Shown here piece after piece: positions 1 to 8,624 of a DNA stretch of 64,000 bases. Both the position numbers and the translations under genes were made by a program. Origin of the DNA: an uncultured delta proteobacterium (GTDB lineage Bacteria; Desulfobacterota; Binatia; UBA9968); NCBI GenBank assembly GCA_963816145.1, contig CAWFJP010000001.1:288001-352000 (forward strand), written 5' to 3'. How positions within the stretch are numbered: position 1 is the stretch's first letter; the number at the start of each line of letters is the position of its first letter. Under the pieces are notes generated by a model, which was not told the origin of the DNA, ran no database searches, and was given only the letters and a program-made list of their open reading frames with translations.

Positions 1-458
1 TGTTCGCCTTGCGATAGTGTGCCGAATTGTTGCTGCGCCAGATATTCGCAGCCCAGTTCTCTTAAATAACGGCGCGCGGCGGCAAAATCCGCCTTGCTCG
101 CCTGTCCCCAATAACCACCGAGATAACCGATCTGCGCAAACTTTCCCGACACCACGGTATTGATAGCCAACTCTTCAAACGGAATCTGGTTGACCAGCGA
201 TCCGGTCACCCAGCCGATGCTTTTGCGCAGCTCGGGAAGATAGGTCAGGGTTTCGCCCTTGCGGAAAACTTCGCCGCCGCCGTTGGGCCAAAGATAACCG
301 CTGGCGATGCGCAAGAGCGTCGTCTTGCCCGAACCGTTCGGCCCCAAGATCGCCCAATGCTCTCCAGATTGAACGGTCCACGATATGGAATCGAGAATTT
401 TCTTGCCGCCAGCAAGATAGGATACACCACGGAGTTCGAGCGCGGGAGTCTTTTTCAC
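1..458 (-). CDS. ABC transporter ATP-binding protein (ModF-like), runs off the left edge
   Basis: Manual translation from GTG at 458: KKTPALELRGVSY...EHWAILGPNGSGKTTLL (Walker A)...FGTLSQGE (signature region); not in the ORF track. Confidence 0.85.
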   Translation of the reverse strand, partial: MKKTPALELRGVSYLAGGKKILDSISWTVQSGEHWAILGPNGSGKTTLLRIASGYLWPNGGGEVFRKGETLTYLPELRKSIGWVTGSLVNQIPFEELAINTVVSGKFAQIGYLGGYWGQASKADFAAARRYLRELGCEYLAQQQFGTLSQGE

Positions 459-653
459 TCTGACATTGAGTCCTTAACCGACGATCTCTACCTCTTAGAC
501 CAAAAACAACCGTGAATAAAGCTGACGGCGATTATCTCGCTGCGCTAAGTGGTTAGAGAGCATCGGGGCAAAAAGTTTCAACCGCTGACGACGCTCTGAC
601 GGCGCTGGAGATTTGCGGAAAGCGAAAAACTGCTGGCCCGTCCAACTATTTTT

Positions 654-1913
654 TTACTGCGGCGCAGTGCCGGCCCGCACAAGTGCGACCACACACTGCC
701 GCCCGAGATCGATCACCGCCACTTCATCCGAACTTTCACAGCCGACAAACGCCAGTTCACCGTCAGGACTAAAAGCGATATGGGCCGGCGCGCCGCCAAC
801 CAAGAGTCGTGCTCGTGGTTCGAAATCGTGGGCGTCGATCAAGCAAATGCTCGATTCGCCGGTGTTGGAGACGACGATCCACTTGCCATCCGGGCTCAGG
901 GCAAAAAAATGCGGATAGATGCCGACTGGAATAGTTGCGATGACCCGGTGCGTCCGGCAATCCCAGACTGTCAAGGTATCGGCAGCGAAGTTGGCGACGT
1001 AGCCGTAACGACTGTCGGAACTCAGCGCCGGCAAATGCGCGCCGGCTCCCGCCGCCATGGTCGCCACCGCTTCATGATCGCCAGTACGGATAACGGTCAC
1101 ATCGTCGGACAGCGTATTGGCGACGTAAGCGAAGCGGCTTTCAGGATCGAAGACAACATGGCCAGGTCCGAGGCCGACCTTCACTTCGGCTGTGACGGTA
1201 TAATCATGGCCGTCGATCACGGTCATGGAATGCGAAGCAGAGTTGGGTTGGTAAGCCCAACGGCTGTCCGGCGAGACCGCGACATCGTGCGGCGCCAATC
1301 CGACGGGTACGGTTTTCTTGAATTCCCCAGCGGCGCTGAGAACGGTTACCGTTCGATCTGGCCCGCTCGGCAGATAAACCGACTCGCCATCTGCGGCCAC
1401 ACACGGCAGCAGCGGCCGTTTTCCCGTCGGCGCGGTCGTTAGAACTTGATCGAACACCGTGTCGATGATCGTCACATCGTTGGAGCTACTGTTGGCGACG
1501 TAAAGCCGGCGGCCATCGTGGGACAATTCCAGATGCGACGGATCGTCCCCGACAGCGACATGTTTCACCACTTTGCGTGTTGCGCCGTCGATCACCGCGA
1601 TGCGATTATCCGTCGTGTTGGTGTAAACACGCCCGTCCCGATGGCAGGCGATGGAATGCGCCCCGCGCAAACCCAAGCGCGGTGTCGAGCCATCCGGCCA
1701 AAGCGTCAGCAGATAACTGTCATTGTCCCGCTCAAACGCAACCCGATAACCTCGTTCGAGCATCGATATATACTGGCGCACCGGCAGGGCGCCGACGCGT
1801 GCGCGCACGACAGCGGCCTGACCGCGCAGCGACAAATATTGGCGCTTAAGTTCGTCGACCTGCCGGTCGGGAGCCAGTGCGGAAAGATCAATTTGGATGG
1901 TGTCGGCAGACAT
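654..1913 (-). CDS. YVTN-family beta-propeller protein with a small N-terminal domain
   Basis: About 8 YVTN-like blades (LYVANSSSNDVTIID, AYVANTLSDDVTVI, GYVANFAADTLTVWD). Confidence 0.8.
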   Translation of the reverse strand: MSADTIQIDLSALAPDRQVDELKRQYLSLRGQAAVVRARVGALPVRQYISMLERGYRVAFERDNDSYLLTLWPDGSTPRLGLRGAHSIACHRDGRVYTNTTDNRIAVIDGATRKVVKHVAVGDDPSHLELSHDGRRLYVANSSSNDVTIIDTVFDQVLTTAPTGKRPLLPCVAADGESVYLPSGPDRTVTVLSAAGEFKKTVPVGLAPHDVAVSPDSRWAYQPNSASHSMTVIDGHDYTVTAEVKVGLGPGHVVFDPESRFAYVANTLSDDVTVIRTGDHEAVATMAAGAGAHLPALSSDSRYGYVANFAADTLTVWDCRTHRVIATIPVGIYPHFFALSPDGKWIVVSNTGESSICLIDAHDFEPRARLLVGGAPAHIAFSPDGELAFVGCESSDEVAVIDLGRQCVVALVRAGTAPQ

Positions 1914-1921
1914 GAGAAGAC

Positions 1922-1990
1922 CTGAAGTGATGGAATTATCGAGTGTTGGGCTTGCCGAAAAGCCTTTACTCCACTACTCCATCACTCCAG
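1922..1990. repeat. Palindromic element, family C (8-nt period GGAGTGAT / ACTCCA arms)
   Basis: CTGAAGTGATGGAATTATCGAGTGTTGGG ... TACTCCACTACTCCATCACTCCAG; related copies at 3071-3126 and 39301-39380. Confidence 0.75.
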
Positions 1991-1994
1991 CGGA

Positions 1995-2990
1995 TTATTG
2001 CTTGAACCGGCTGAACACCGACCGCGCATTCTGGTCGAAGATCTTCGCCTTATCGTCTGCCGTGAGCCAGGGGATTTTTTCAATATTCGGCTTGACATCG
2101 TCGTACCATTTGCCGGTGCGCGGATCGGTCTTCGAGCCGGCACCAGGGCGCTCGGTGCCAAACAAGCAGCGCTCCGGCCCGCAGATGCGGAACAACAACT
2201 TCAGCGACTCGATGTTATACAGCGCAGTGTCGAAATAGAGCTGCTTTAGCCTCTGATCGAAATTCTCGGTATCGTTCGGACCGCGCAGCTGGGAGCGCCA
2301 ACGGCCGACTTGATACGGCACCGAGCCGCCGCCGTGGGAAATAATCAACTTTAGTTTGGGAAAATCCTTGAACACATTGGAGTCGACCAAGGAAAGAATC
2401 GCGATGCTCTCCTCGGTGATGAAGTGGCCGTGAAACGACTCGCGCGGGTTCTTGCAGCTCGCGCCGTGCACCAAACCGGGGATATCCATCTGCACCATCT
2501 TGTCGTACAGCGGATACCAGTATTCGTTGCCCATGGCCGGCGTCATGCCATCGCCTTCGCCAGGATCGGGATTGATCATGATGCCGACGAAACCCAGGTC
2601 GTTGATGCAGCGATCGATCTCTTCGAAAGTGTTGGTCACCGGCACGCCGGCATTTTGCGGCAACCCGCCGATGGCGCGGAATTTGTTCGGTTCCATTTTT
2701 ACTTGCAGCGCCAGCGCGTCGTTGACCGCCTGGCAGTACCAATGAACGATCTTCTCCGGCTTGGCCGAATGCATCATGGTGTAGGGGCGCGGCGATATAA
2801 AAGCGAAGTCCGTGCCGACTTCGCCGAGCACTTCGGAGTGGCGGTGACCATGCCATTTCGCTTCCTGAATATGCTTTTCAGTGACGACCACACCGCGCGG
2901 CCGGTGAAACCCCGCGCTGTTGATCAGGCCGGCCTGAAAGGTCTGCAACTGCTCGCCGGCGACAATGTGATTGTGAATATCGATAACCAT
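1995..2990 (-). CDS. Amidohydrolase_2 family protein, LigJ (4-oxalomesaconate hydratase)-like
   Basis: IDIHNH metal motif, SPRP, HGGGSVPYQ, FDT, FGTERPG motifs. Confidence 0.75.
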   Translation of the reverse strand: MVIDIHNHIVAGEQLQTFQAGLINSAGFHRPRGVVVTEKHIQEAKWHGHRHSEVLGEVGTDFAFISPRPYTMMHSAKPEKIVHWYCQAVNDALALQVKMEPNKFRAIGGLPQNAGVPVTNTFEEIDRCINDLGFVGIMINPDPGEGDGMTPAMGNEYWYPLYDKMVQMDIPGLVHGASCKNPRESFHGHFITEESIAILSLVDSNVFKDFPKLKLIISHGGGSVPYQVGRWRSQLRGPNDTENFDQRLKQLYFDTALYNIESLKLLFRICGPERCLFGTERPGAGSKTDPRTGKWYDDVKPNIEKIPWLTADDKAKIFDQNARSVFSRFKQ

Positions 2991-3070
2991 GAAACGATCC
3001 TCCTGCGAAAATTGTCCCTCTACCTAACAGACAAACGCGCGCCGGAGCAACAAGGGCGAGAACTCAAGAG

Positions 3071-3126
3071 CTGGAGTGATGGATATCCGAAACCCACTGC
3101 TCCATTACTCCACTACTCCAACACTC
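3071..3126. repeat. Palindromic element, family C; overlaps the 3' end of the MFS gene
   Basis: CTGGAGTGATGG...CTGCTCCATTACTCCACTACTCCAACACTC. Confidence 0.7.
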
Positions 3127-4472
3127 AGAGTTGGTTTCCGCGGCGGCTTCAACATCAGACTCAACAGCGCGGACGTCATCAGCACCGCGCCAAAAATCGC
3201 GAACGACAACCCGTAGCCGCCCGTGATGTCAAAGAGGAAACCAAAGAATGGCGGTCCCATGGCCGCAAGAACCTGCGAAACCAGCAAACCCATGCCGCGA
3301 ATCCTTCCCAGTGAGCGCCGGCCGAAATAACCGGCCCATAGGGTATCCGGCAAAACCATATTGCCGCCGAGACCGATGCCATAAAGGAAAAATCCAAGGT
3401 AGAGACAAACCATATTGCCCGTCAAGATCGCGATGGCTAAACCGATCGCTTGGATTACAAAGCGCAAGGTCGCCGCGTAGCGCGCACCGATCTTATCGGC
3501 AAGCACCCCCCAAACCAACGGCGAAGCCAATTGCATCGAGGCGATAATACTCATCACGGTAGCGGCGATCACCGGCGAATAACCGACATCGGTGACGTAA
3601 GAGTAAACATGCAGATTGAGCCCGGTGACACCCATGCTGGAAATGCCGAAGGTGATGACCAGCAGCCAGAACGCCGAGGTCCGAATCGCTTCGCCCCGGG
3701 TCCAGAGCGCATCTTGCGCGCCGATTTCAACCGCACCGAGATCTTGCTTCGAACTGGTGTCAGCTGCAGCGAGCGTCTCGGTCCCGCCGTCAGGCAATAA
3801 ACCCATAGACTCAGGCGAGCGGCGGATCACCAACAACGCCGGCACCAGCAAAAGCCCCAGCGTCATAAAACCGAAAACCAACCAAGTCTGGCGCCAGCCG
3901 AGTGTAAGGATGAGCCACGCGGCGAGGACCGGCATGCAAACCTTGGCAAAGCCCACGCCCATGCTGGAGAATGCCAGGGCGCGGCTGCGCTGGCGCGCGA
4001 ACCACTGGGCGATGATCACGTTGACCACCATATAACCCATCATCGAGTCGCCCAGCGACACCAGGGTCAAGCGAATCGCCGCGAACTGCGCGAAGCTCTC
4101 GACATGAGTGAGAAGAAAATAACCGATGGCAACAATCGTCGTACCAATCACCATGAGCCATCGGCCGCCGTAACGGTCGACCAGCGTTCCCACCAGCGGC
4201 GCGATGCACGCCGAGATGATCCCTTCACCCGAGCGCAGCAACGAGAACACGCCGCGCGAGATTCCCAGATCGGCGGTGAGCGGCTTGAGAAAAATGCTCA
4301 TCGTGCTGGCGAGCGCGAACGACGATGCGACGTTGGCAAGAAAGCCGACGGCAACGATGTACCAACCGTAAAAAAACCTGGGCTTGGCTGCGCTCGGGGC
4401 TAACTCGGCGGCGGATTCCACATCATGGGTGTAGCAGGAAATGCGCTTCTCCCGCAATTGAATCCATAGCAA
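3105..4472 (-). CDS. MFS transporter (OFA/MCT-like); true start may be downstream of 4472
   Basis: About 12 hydrophobic segments, FFYGWYIV N-terminus, GTLVDRYGGR motif A. Confidence 0.85.
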   Translation of the reverse strand: MLWIQLREKRISCYTHDVESAAELAPSAAKPRFFYGWYIVAVGFLANVASSFALASTMSIFLKPLTADLGISRGVFSLLRSGEGIISACIAPLVGTLVDRYGGRWLMVIGTTIVAIGYFLLTHVESFAQFAAIRLTLVSLGDSMMGYMVVNVIIAQWFARQRSRALAFSSMGVGFAKVCMPVLAAWLILTLGWRQTWLVFGFMTLGLLLVPALLVIRRSPESMGLLPDGGTETLAAADTSSKQDLGAVEIGAQDALWTRGEAIRTSAFWLLVITFGISSMGVTGLNLHVYSYVTDVGYSPVIAATVMSIIASMQLASPLVWGVLADKIGARYAATLRFVIQAIGLAIAILTGNMVCLYLGFFLYGIGLGGNMVLPDTLWAGYFGRRSLGRIRGMGLLVSQVLAAMGPPFFGFLFDITGGYGLSFAIFGAVLMTSALLSLMLKPPRKPTLSVGVVE

Positions 4473-4519
4473 GCACGCCGGACACGAGGTGCATTAAAGC
4501 GCGTTTGGCTACGAACCTC

Positions 4520-4575
4520 TGTCATCTCGAACGAAGTGAGAGATCTTTGCTGAGAGGAGATTCCTCTTTCCGCTC
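4520..4575. repeat. Palindromic element, family G (TGTCAT...AGATCT / AGATTCCTC type), partial
   Basis: TGTCATCTCGAACGAAGTGAGAGATCT...AGATTCCTCTTTCCGCTC; related copies near 13394-13452 and 61719-61812. Confidence 0.65.
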
Positions 4576-4830
4576 CGAGCGCCGGAATGGGCCATCGGGA
4601 TTCTCTAAGTCTACTGCAAAGCCGGGCGGCAGAACAAAATCCCACGTGCCAAATCAACATGTTCTGCTCCGTCGCGCAGCCCAGCAATACCAAAAGTAAT
4701 AAATCTAATGAACCAATTCATCGCTGTCTCGTCTAACTTTTGAGGCTATCGTCCCCGCGCGGCAAGACTGGCAGGGGCGATGGAATTACTGTAGCGTTTG
4801 ATATATCGCCCGGTCGCGAAAGGATCGAAA

Positions 4831-5550
4831 ATGAAGCTCTTGGCTTTGCTCACGGTCGCGCTTTTATCTTCTGCCACCGCGGCCTATTCACAGCAGCGTG
4901 CCGAACGGCCGCGACCGCCGTCAATTTCGGTCAGCGGCGAAGCCACCATCGCAGCCGAACCCGATCAGGCGCAGATCGATATAGGCGTCACCACCCAAGC
5001 GCGCACAGCGCCGGAGGCATCGCGAGAAAATGCCGAGCGCCTCGCCCGCGTCCTTGCCGAAGTGAAAAAACTCTTGGGCAAAGGCGACGAAGTCAAAACC
5101 AGCGGCTACGCGCTCAACCCGCAATACCGTTATCCCCAAGGCGGCAAGCCGGAAATCGTTGGCTATCAAGCCAACAACACAGTGCGGATCAAGATGAGTA
5201 AGCTCGACGATGTCGGCAAAGTCATCGACGCCGCCATGCAAAACGGCGCCAATAACATCAACCGCCTGGCGTTCACTTTAAAAGACGAAGACGCCGCCCG
5301 CCTGGATGCCCTCAAACAGGCGTCGGCCAAAGCGAAAGCCAAAGCCGAGGCCATCGCTGCTTCGCTGGGTTTGAAGATCGTCAGAATCGCGTCCGTCACC
5401 GAAGGCGAGCGCAGTATTCAACCGATTTACCGCGCCGCGCCCATGGCGCGCGCCGAAGGCCTCGCCGCCGCAGCCCCCACGCCAATCGAACAGGGAACCG
5501 TCGACGTCAGATCGACAGTGTCGCTGGTGGCGGAAGTAAGCGAGAAGTAA
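4831..5550 (+). CDS. SIMPL/DUF541 domain periplasmic protein
   Basis: Signal peptide, ISVSGEATIAAEPDQA, GYQANNTVRI, GANNIN, AKAKAEAIAASLG; AGGA upstream of ATG 4831. Confidence 0.85.
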   Translation: MKLLALLTVALLSSATAAYSQQRAERPRPPSISVSGEATIAAEPDQAQIDIGVTTQARTAPEASRENAERLARVLAEVKKLLGKGDEVKTSGYALNPQYRYPQGGKPEIVGYQANNTVRIKMSKLDDVGKVIDAAMQNGANNINRLAFTLKDEDAARLDALKQASAKAKAKAEAIAASLGLKIVRIASVTEGERSIQPIYRAAPMARAEGLAAAAPTPIEQGTVDVRSTVSLVAEVSEK

Positions 5551-5638
5551 TGCGGTGAAAAAGTTCTCGGAAGTTTCGAGATTTTAGAATTTCACGATTT
5601 GCCCAACTGCGGACCAAGGCGGGCAGCATTTTTATTTT

Positions 5639-7084
5639 CTAGCTAAACACCGGCTTCTCTTTCAGATAGTGCTCGCGCATCGCCGGCCGGTGGCGCTCCA
5701 TCAAATCACGATTCAATTCCAGCGGCGGTTTCTGATCCGGCGGCAACAGCGGCCGATATTCGGTGTCGCCGATCTCTTCTTTGAAAGTCTCCTTCGCCTT
5801 CACAACCAACTTTGGATCCATAAACAGATCGAGCGCTGACGCCGCCATCGCTTTAGCGCCGGCGATCGCGCCTTTGTGAGCAATCGAAGTGGCCAATGAA
5901 ACCCCCGCAGACCAGTGATGGTAAGAAACCCCTGGGACATTCGACGGGAAAGTAATCAGCCCCGTGGGAACCACCCAAGACACTTCACCGGAGTCGTTGG
6001 CCGAAACCGACTGCACGCATTCTTTGAGCGGCATGATTTGCGTCGGCATGCCGACGGCCTTTTTGTTGATCTTAGCCTGAAGGTCGCAGACTAACTTCTG
6101 CTCGCCTTCGCCCCATTGCGGCATGCCGATCGCTTCGACATTGGCTTGAATGACTTCAGCCAAAGTCCGGTTCGCCCGCGTCGGCCAGACGGCGCTCAGC
6201 ACGTTCACCGAATAAGACGTGTCGGTCATGATCGCTGCGCCTTCAGCGATACGCTTGGCTTTATCGAACAAAGCACGAGTCTTTTCCGCCGTCGCTTCCC
6301 GGAAAAACCACCAGATCGCCGCCTTGTTGGGAATCACGTTGGGTTGGTCGCCGCCGTTGGTGATCACCCGGTGGCTGCGCTGGGTCGGCTCCAAGTGCTC
6401 GCGCAGTTTATCCCAGCCGATATCCATCAACACCACCGCGTCGAGCGCATCTCGAGCATTCCATGGCGCAGTCGCCGCATGCGCCGACTGTCCCTTGAAG
6501 GTAAACTCAGCGGAGATCAGCGCATACTGGCGCAGACCGTAGACCGTGCCGAAGCCGGTGCCGATATGATCGTGCAACGCCACGTCGACATCTTTGAAAT
6601 AGCCGTCGCGCACGAAGTAGGGCCGGCTCACCAGTTGCTCTTCGCCCGGCGCGCCGAAGACTTTCAGCGTGCCCTTGAGACCGTACCGATCCATCGCCTG
6701 CTTGATCGCGAACGCCGCGCCGATCATAACCGCGCCGTTGACGTTGTGGCCTTCGGTATGGCCTGGCGCGCCGTCGACGATCGGCGTCGGCTCGATCACG
6801 CCGGCCTTCTGCGAGCAGGCCGGAGTCGCGTCGTACTCGGTATGCAACGCCACCACCGGCTTGCCGGAACCGTAGGTCGCCACGAAACCGGTGGGCATGC
6901 CGGATAGATTTTTTTCGATCGAGAAGCCCGCTTTCTCCAGCAGCTCCATCATCAACCCGGAGGTCTCGAACTCCTGCATGCCGAGCTCGGCGAAATAAAA
7001 AATATTGTCGCACAGCCGCGCAATCGCTTCGCCATTGCGTTCGACGGTATCGAAAACAAACTTCTTTTCTGTACTGTTACTCAC
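5639..7084 (-). CDS. M20 amidohydrolase, p-aminobenzoyl-glutamate hydrolase subunit B (AbgB)-like
   Basis: ELGMQEFETS, TEYDA, GHTEGHN, GAPGEE, GQSAHAA, RSHRVITNGGDQPNV motifs; GTG start with GGAGGAG RBS. Confidence 0.85.
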   Translation of the reverse strand: MSNSTEKKFVFDTVERNGEAIARLCDNIFYFAELGMQEFETSGLMMELLEKAGFSIEKNLSGMPTGFVATYGSGKPVVALHTEYDATPACSQKAGVIEPTPIVDGAPGHTEGHNVNGAVMIGAAFAIKQAMDRYGLKGTLKVFGAPGEEQLVSRPYFVRDGYFKDVDVALHDHIGTGFGTVYGLRQYALISAEFTFKGQSAHAATAPWNARDALDAVVLMDIGWDKLREHLEPTQRSHRVITNGGDQPNVIPNKAAIWWFFREATAEKTRALFDKAKRIAEGAAIMTDTSYSVNVLSAVWPTRANRTLAEVIQANVEAIGMPQWGEGEQKLVCDLQAKINKKAVGMPTQIMPLKECVQSVSANDSGEVSWVVPTGLITFPSNVPGVSYHHWSAGVSLATSIAHKGAIAGAKAMAASALDLFMDPKLVVKAKETFKEEIGDTEYRPLLPPDQKPPLELNRDLMERHRPAMREHYLKEKPVFS

Positions 7085-7100
7085 AACTCGCTCCTCCGAT

Positions 7101-7130
7101 CGCCTAACCCCTTACCCTTCACCCCTGACG
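7101..7130. repeat. Solo arm of family D element (7-nt period CCCCTTA/CCCCTCA)
   Basis: CGCCTAACCCCTTACCCTTCACCCCTGACG. Confidence 0.65.
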
Positions 7131-7138
7131 GGTTTCCG

Positions 7139-8019
7139 TCATCCCGCAAATTTCCCCGGATCTTTATAATAGTTCTTGTAATACCACTCCGCGATCTCCC
7201 ATCCAGTCGTGCGCCATACGCCTTCGTGGGAGCACATATAATCGAGCGCCATTTCCAAATACTTGATACGGTACGGCATGCCGATGACGAATGGATGGAG
7301 CGGCAAGCATAGCACCCGACCGCCCGAGACGCTGTCTTTGTAGAGCGTGTCGAAGTGATCGCAAACCATCCGGTAATACTGCTCCGGTGTGTGATTCTCG
7401 CGCTGAAAGACACGAATGTCATTGACACCCAGTTCGTAAGGCACCACCACCATGCGCCCGCTCTTCACCCGCATCGCCGTCGGCTGTTCGTCATTGCCCC
7501 AGTCGCAGACATACTCGAAGCCTTCGGCGGCAAGATGATCCGGCGTGTCGTGGGTTTCACCCAGGCCGGGGCCAAGCCAACCTTTGGGCGCTTTGCCGGT
7601 GGCCTTGGTGATGATCTCTTTGACGTTGTGAATGATCGACCGCTCCTCTTCCGGCGCATAGTCGAGCATCGAGACACTGTTGGTCAGGCCATGGCCGAGC
7701 CACTCCCAGTTGCGCTTGTTGCCCTCTTCGATGATCGGCGGATGCTTCTCGCAAACTTCCGCGTTGAGCAACACGCTGGCGCGGATGCTGAACTTATCGA
7801 GCACGTCCATGATGCGAAAAACGCCGACGCGCGACCCGTAATCGCGCAAGCTGTAGCCCGGCACATCCGGCCAATGCGTACTCCCCGTGCCGCGGATCGG
7901 CATGTTGTAATGAAAATATTCGATATTCGGCGCCACCCACAACGCGATACGGCCATGATTGGGCCATTCGATTTTGGGCCGGCGAATAATGGCGAATAGT
8001 CGTAACGACGGTTGTCCAT
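7139..8019 (-). CDS. Polysaccharide deacetylase family (PuuE/allantoinase-like), one frameshift near 7990
   Basis: MDNRRYDYSP joins IIRRPKIEWPNHGRIALWVAPNIE if one base is restored; YGSRVGVFR, EWLGHG, GWLGPG, LHPF motifs. Confidence 0.8.
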
Positions 8020-8086
8020 AGTTGCTCCTCTCCTACGCTGTGGATATCGCGGCTAGCCTACGCCAGGCAAGGATCGACCGTCAAAC

Positions 8087-8157
8087 GCCCTAAATTACTG
8101 CCCTAAATTACCGCCCTAAAATACCGCTTGACACCTGCGCGTCGCCTTTGTTACAAG
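8087..8157 (+). promoter_or_regulatory. Sigma70-like promoter preceded by three 13-bp direct repeats
   Basis: GCCCTAAATTACT/GCCCTAAATTACC/GCCCTAAAATACC at 8087-8125, TTGACA 8128-8133, TGT-TACAAG 8149-8157. Confidence 0.6.
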
Positions 8158-8162
8158 CCCGC

Positions 8163-8276
8163 GTTACCGGCTGCTTCCAGGGTTCAGGCGGCGTTTCCCA
8201 ACCGCTACCCATAGAGCGCCGGTAACAACTCCCACCCCGAGCGGCGTTCGATCGAAGTAACGCTGAGCGCCACTCG
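8163..8276 (+). ncRNA. Putative structured 5' leader (two hairpins) upstream of the symporter operon
   Basis: GTTACCGGC/GCCGGTAAC closes a 64-nt stem with inner GGGT/ACCC and GGCGG/CCGCT; second stem CGAGCGGCGTTC/GAGCGCCACTCG. Confidence 0.4.
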
Positions 8277-8351
8277 AGCGAAATTCATAAGTAGGAAAAT
8301 GGTTATTCTCTGGTAGCGACAGATTCAAGAAATAGCATCGAGGAGGTGCGT

Positions 8352-8621
8352 ATGGCTGATCTCTCGGAGGACCAAAAGAAATCCTATTGGCGTTACAACA
8401 TCTCACTGACGACCGTCCTGTTGATTATTTGGTTCGTCGTCACTTATCTCGTCTCCGGTCTCTGGGCCGCTAGTCTCAACAACTTCTCCTTTCTCGGTTT
8501 TCCGCTCGGCTACTACATGGCCGCACAAGGCTCGTTGGCGATCTTCGTCATCGAGATCGCTGTGTACGCCTGGCTTATGAACAAGCTGGATATCAAATAC
8601 GGCATCCGTGAGGAGGGTTGA
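8352..8621 (+). CDS. DUF4212 small subunit of solute:sodium symporter
   Basis: YWRYN...LLIIWFVV...GFPLGYYMAAQGS...YAWLMNKLD; AGGAGG RBS. Confidence 0.85.
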   Translation: MADLSEDQKKSYWRYNISLTTVLLIIWFVVTYLVSGLWAASLNNFSFLGFPLGYYMAAQGSLAIFVIEIAVYAWLMNKLDIKYGIREEG

Positions 8622-8624
8622 GCC

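Noticed and set aside
2424-6907. Long antisense ORFs (2424-3314, 6116-6907)
   Set aside because: They lie opposite well-supported genes; typical of high-GC codon bias
8163-8276. tRNA, SRP RNA or a named riboswitch
   Set aside because: No cloverleaf, T-loop or recognisable consensus by eye; kept only as an unclassified leader
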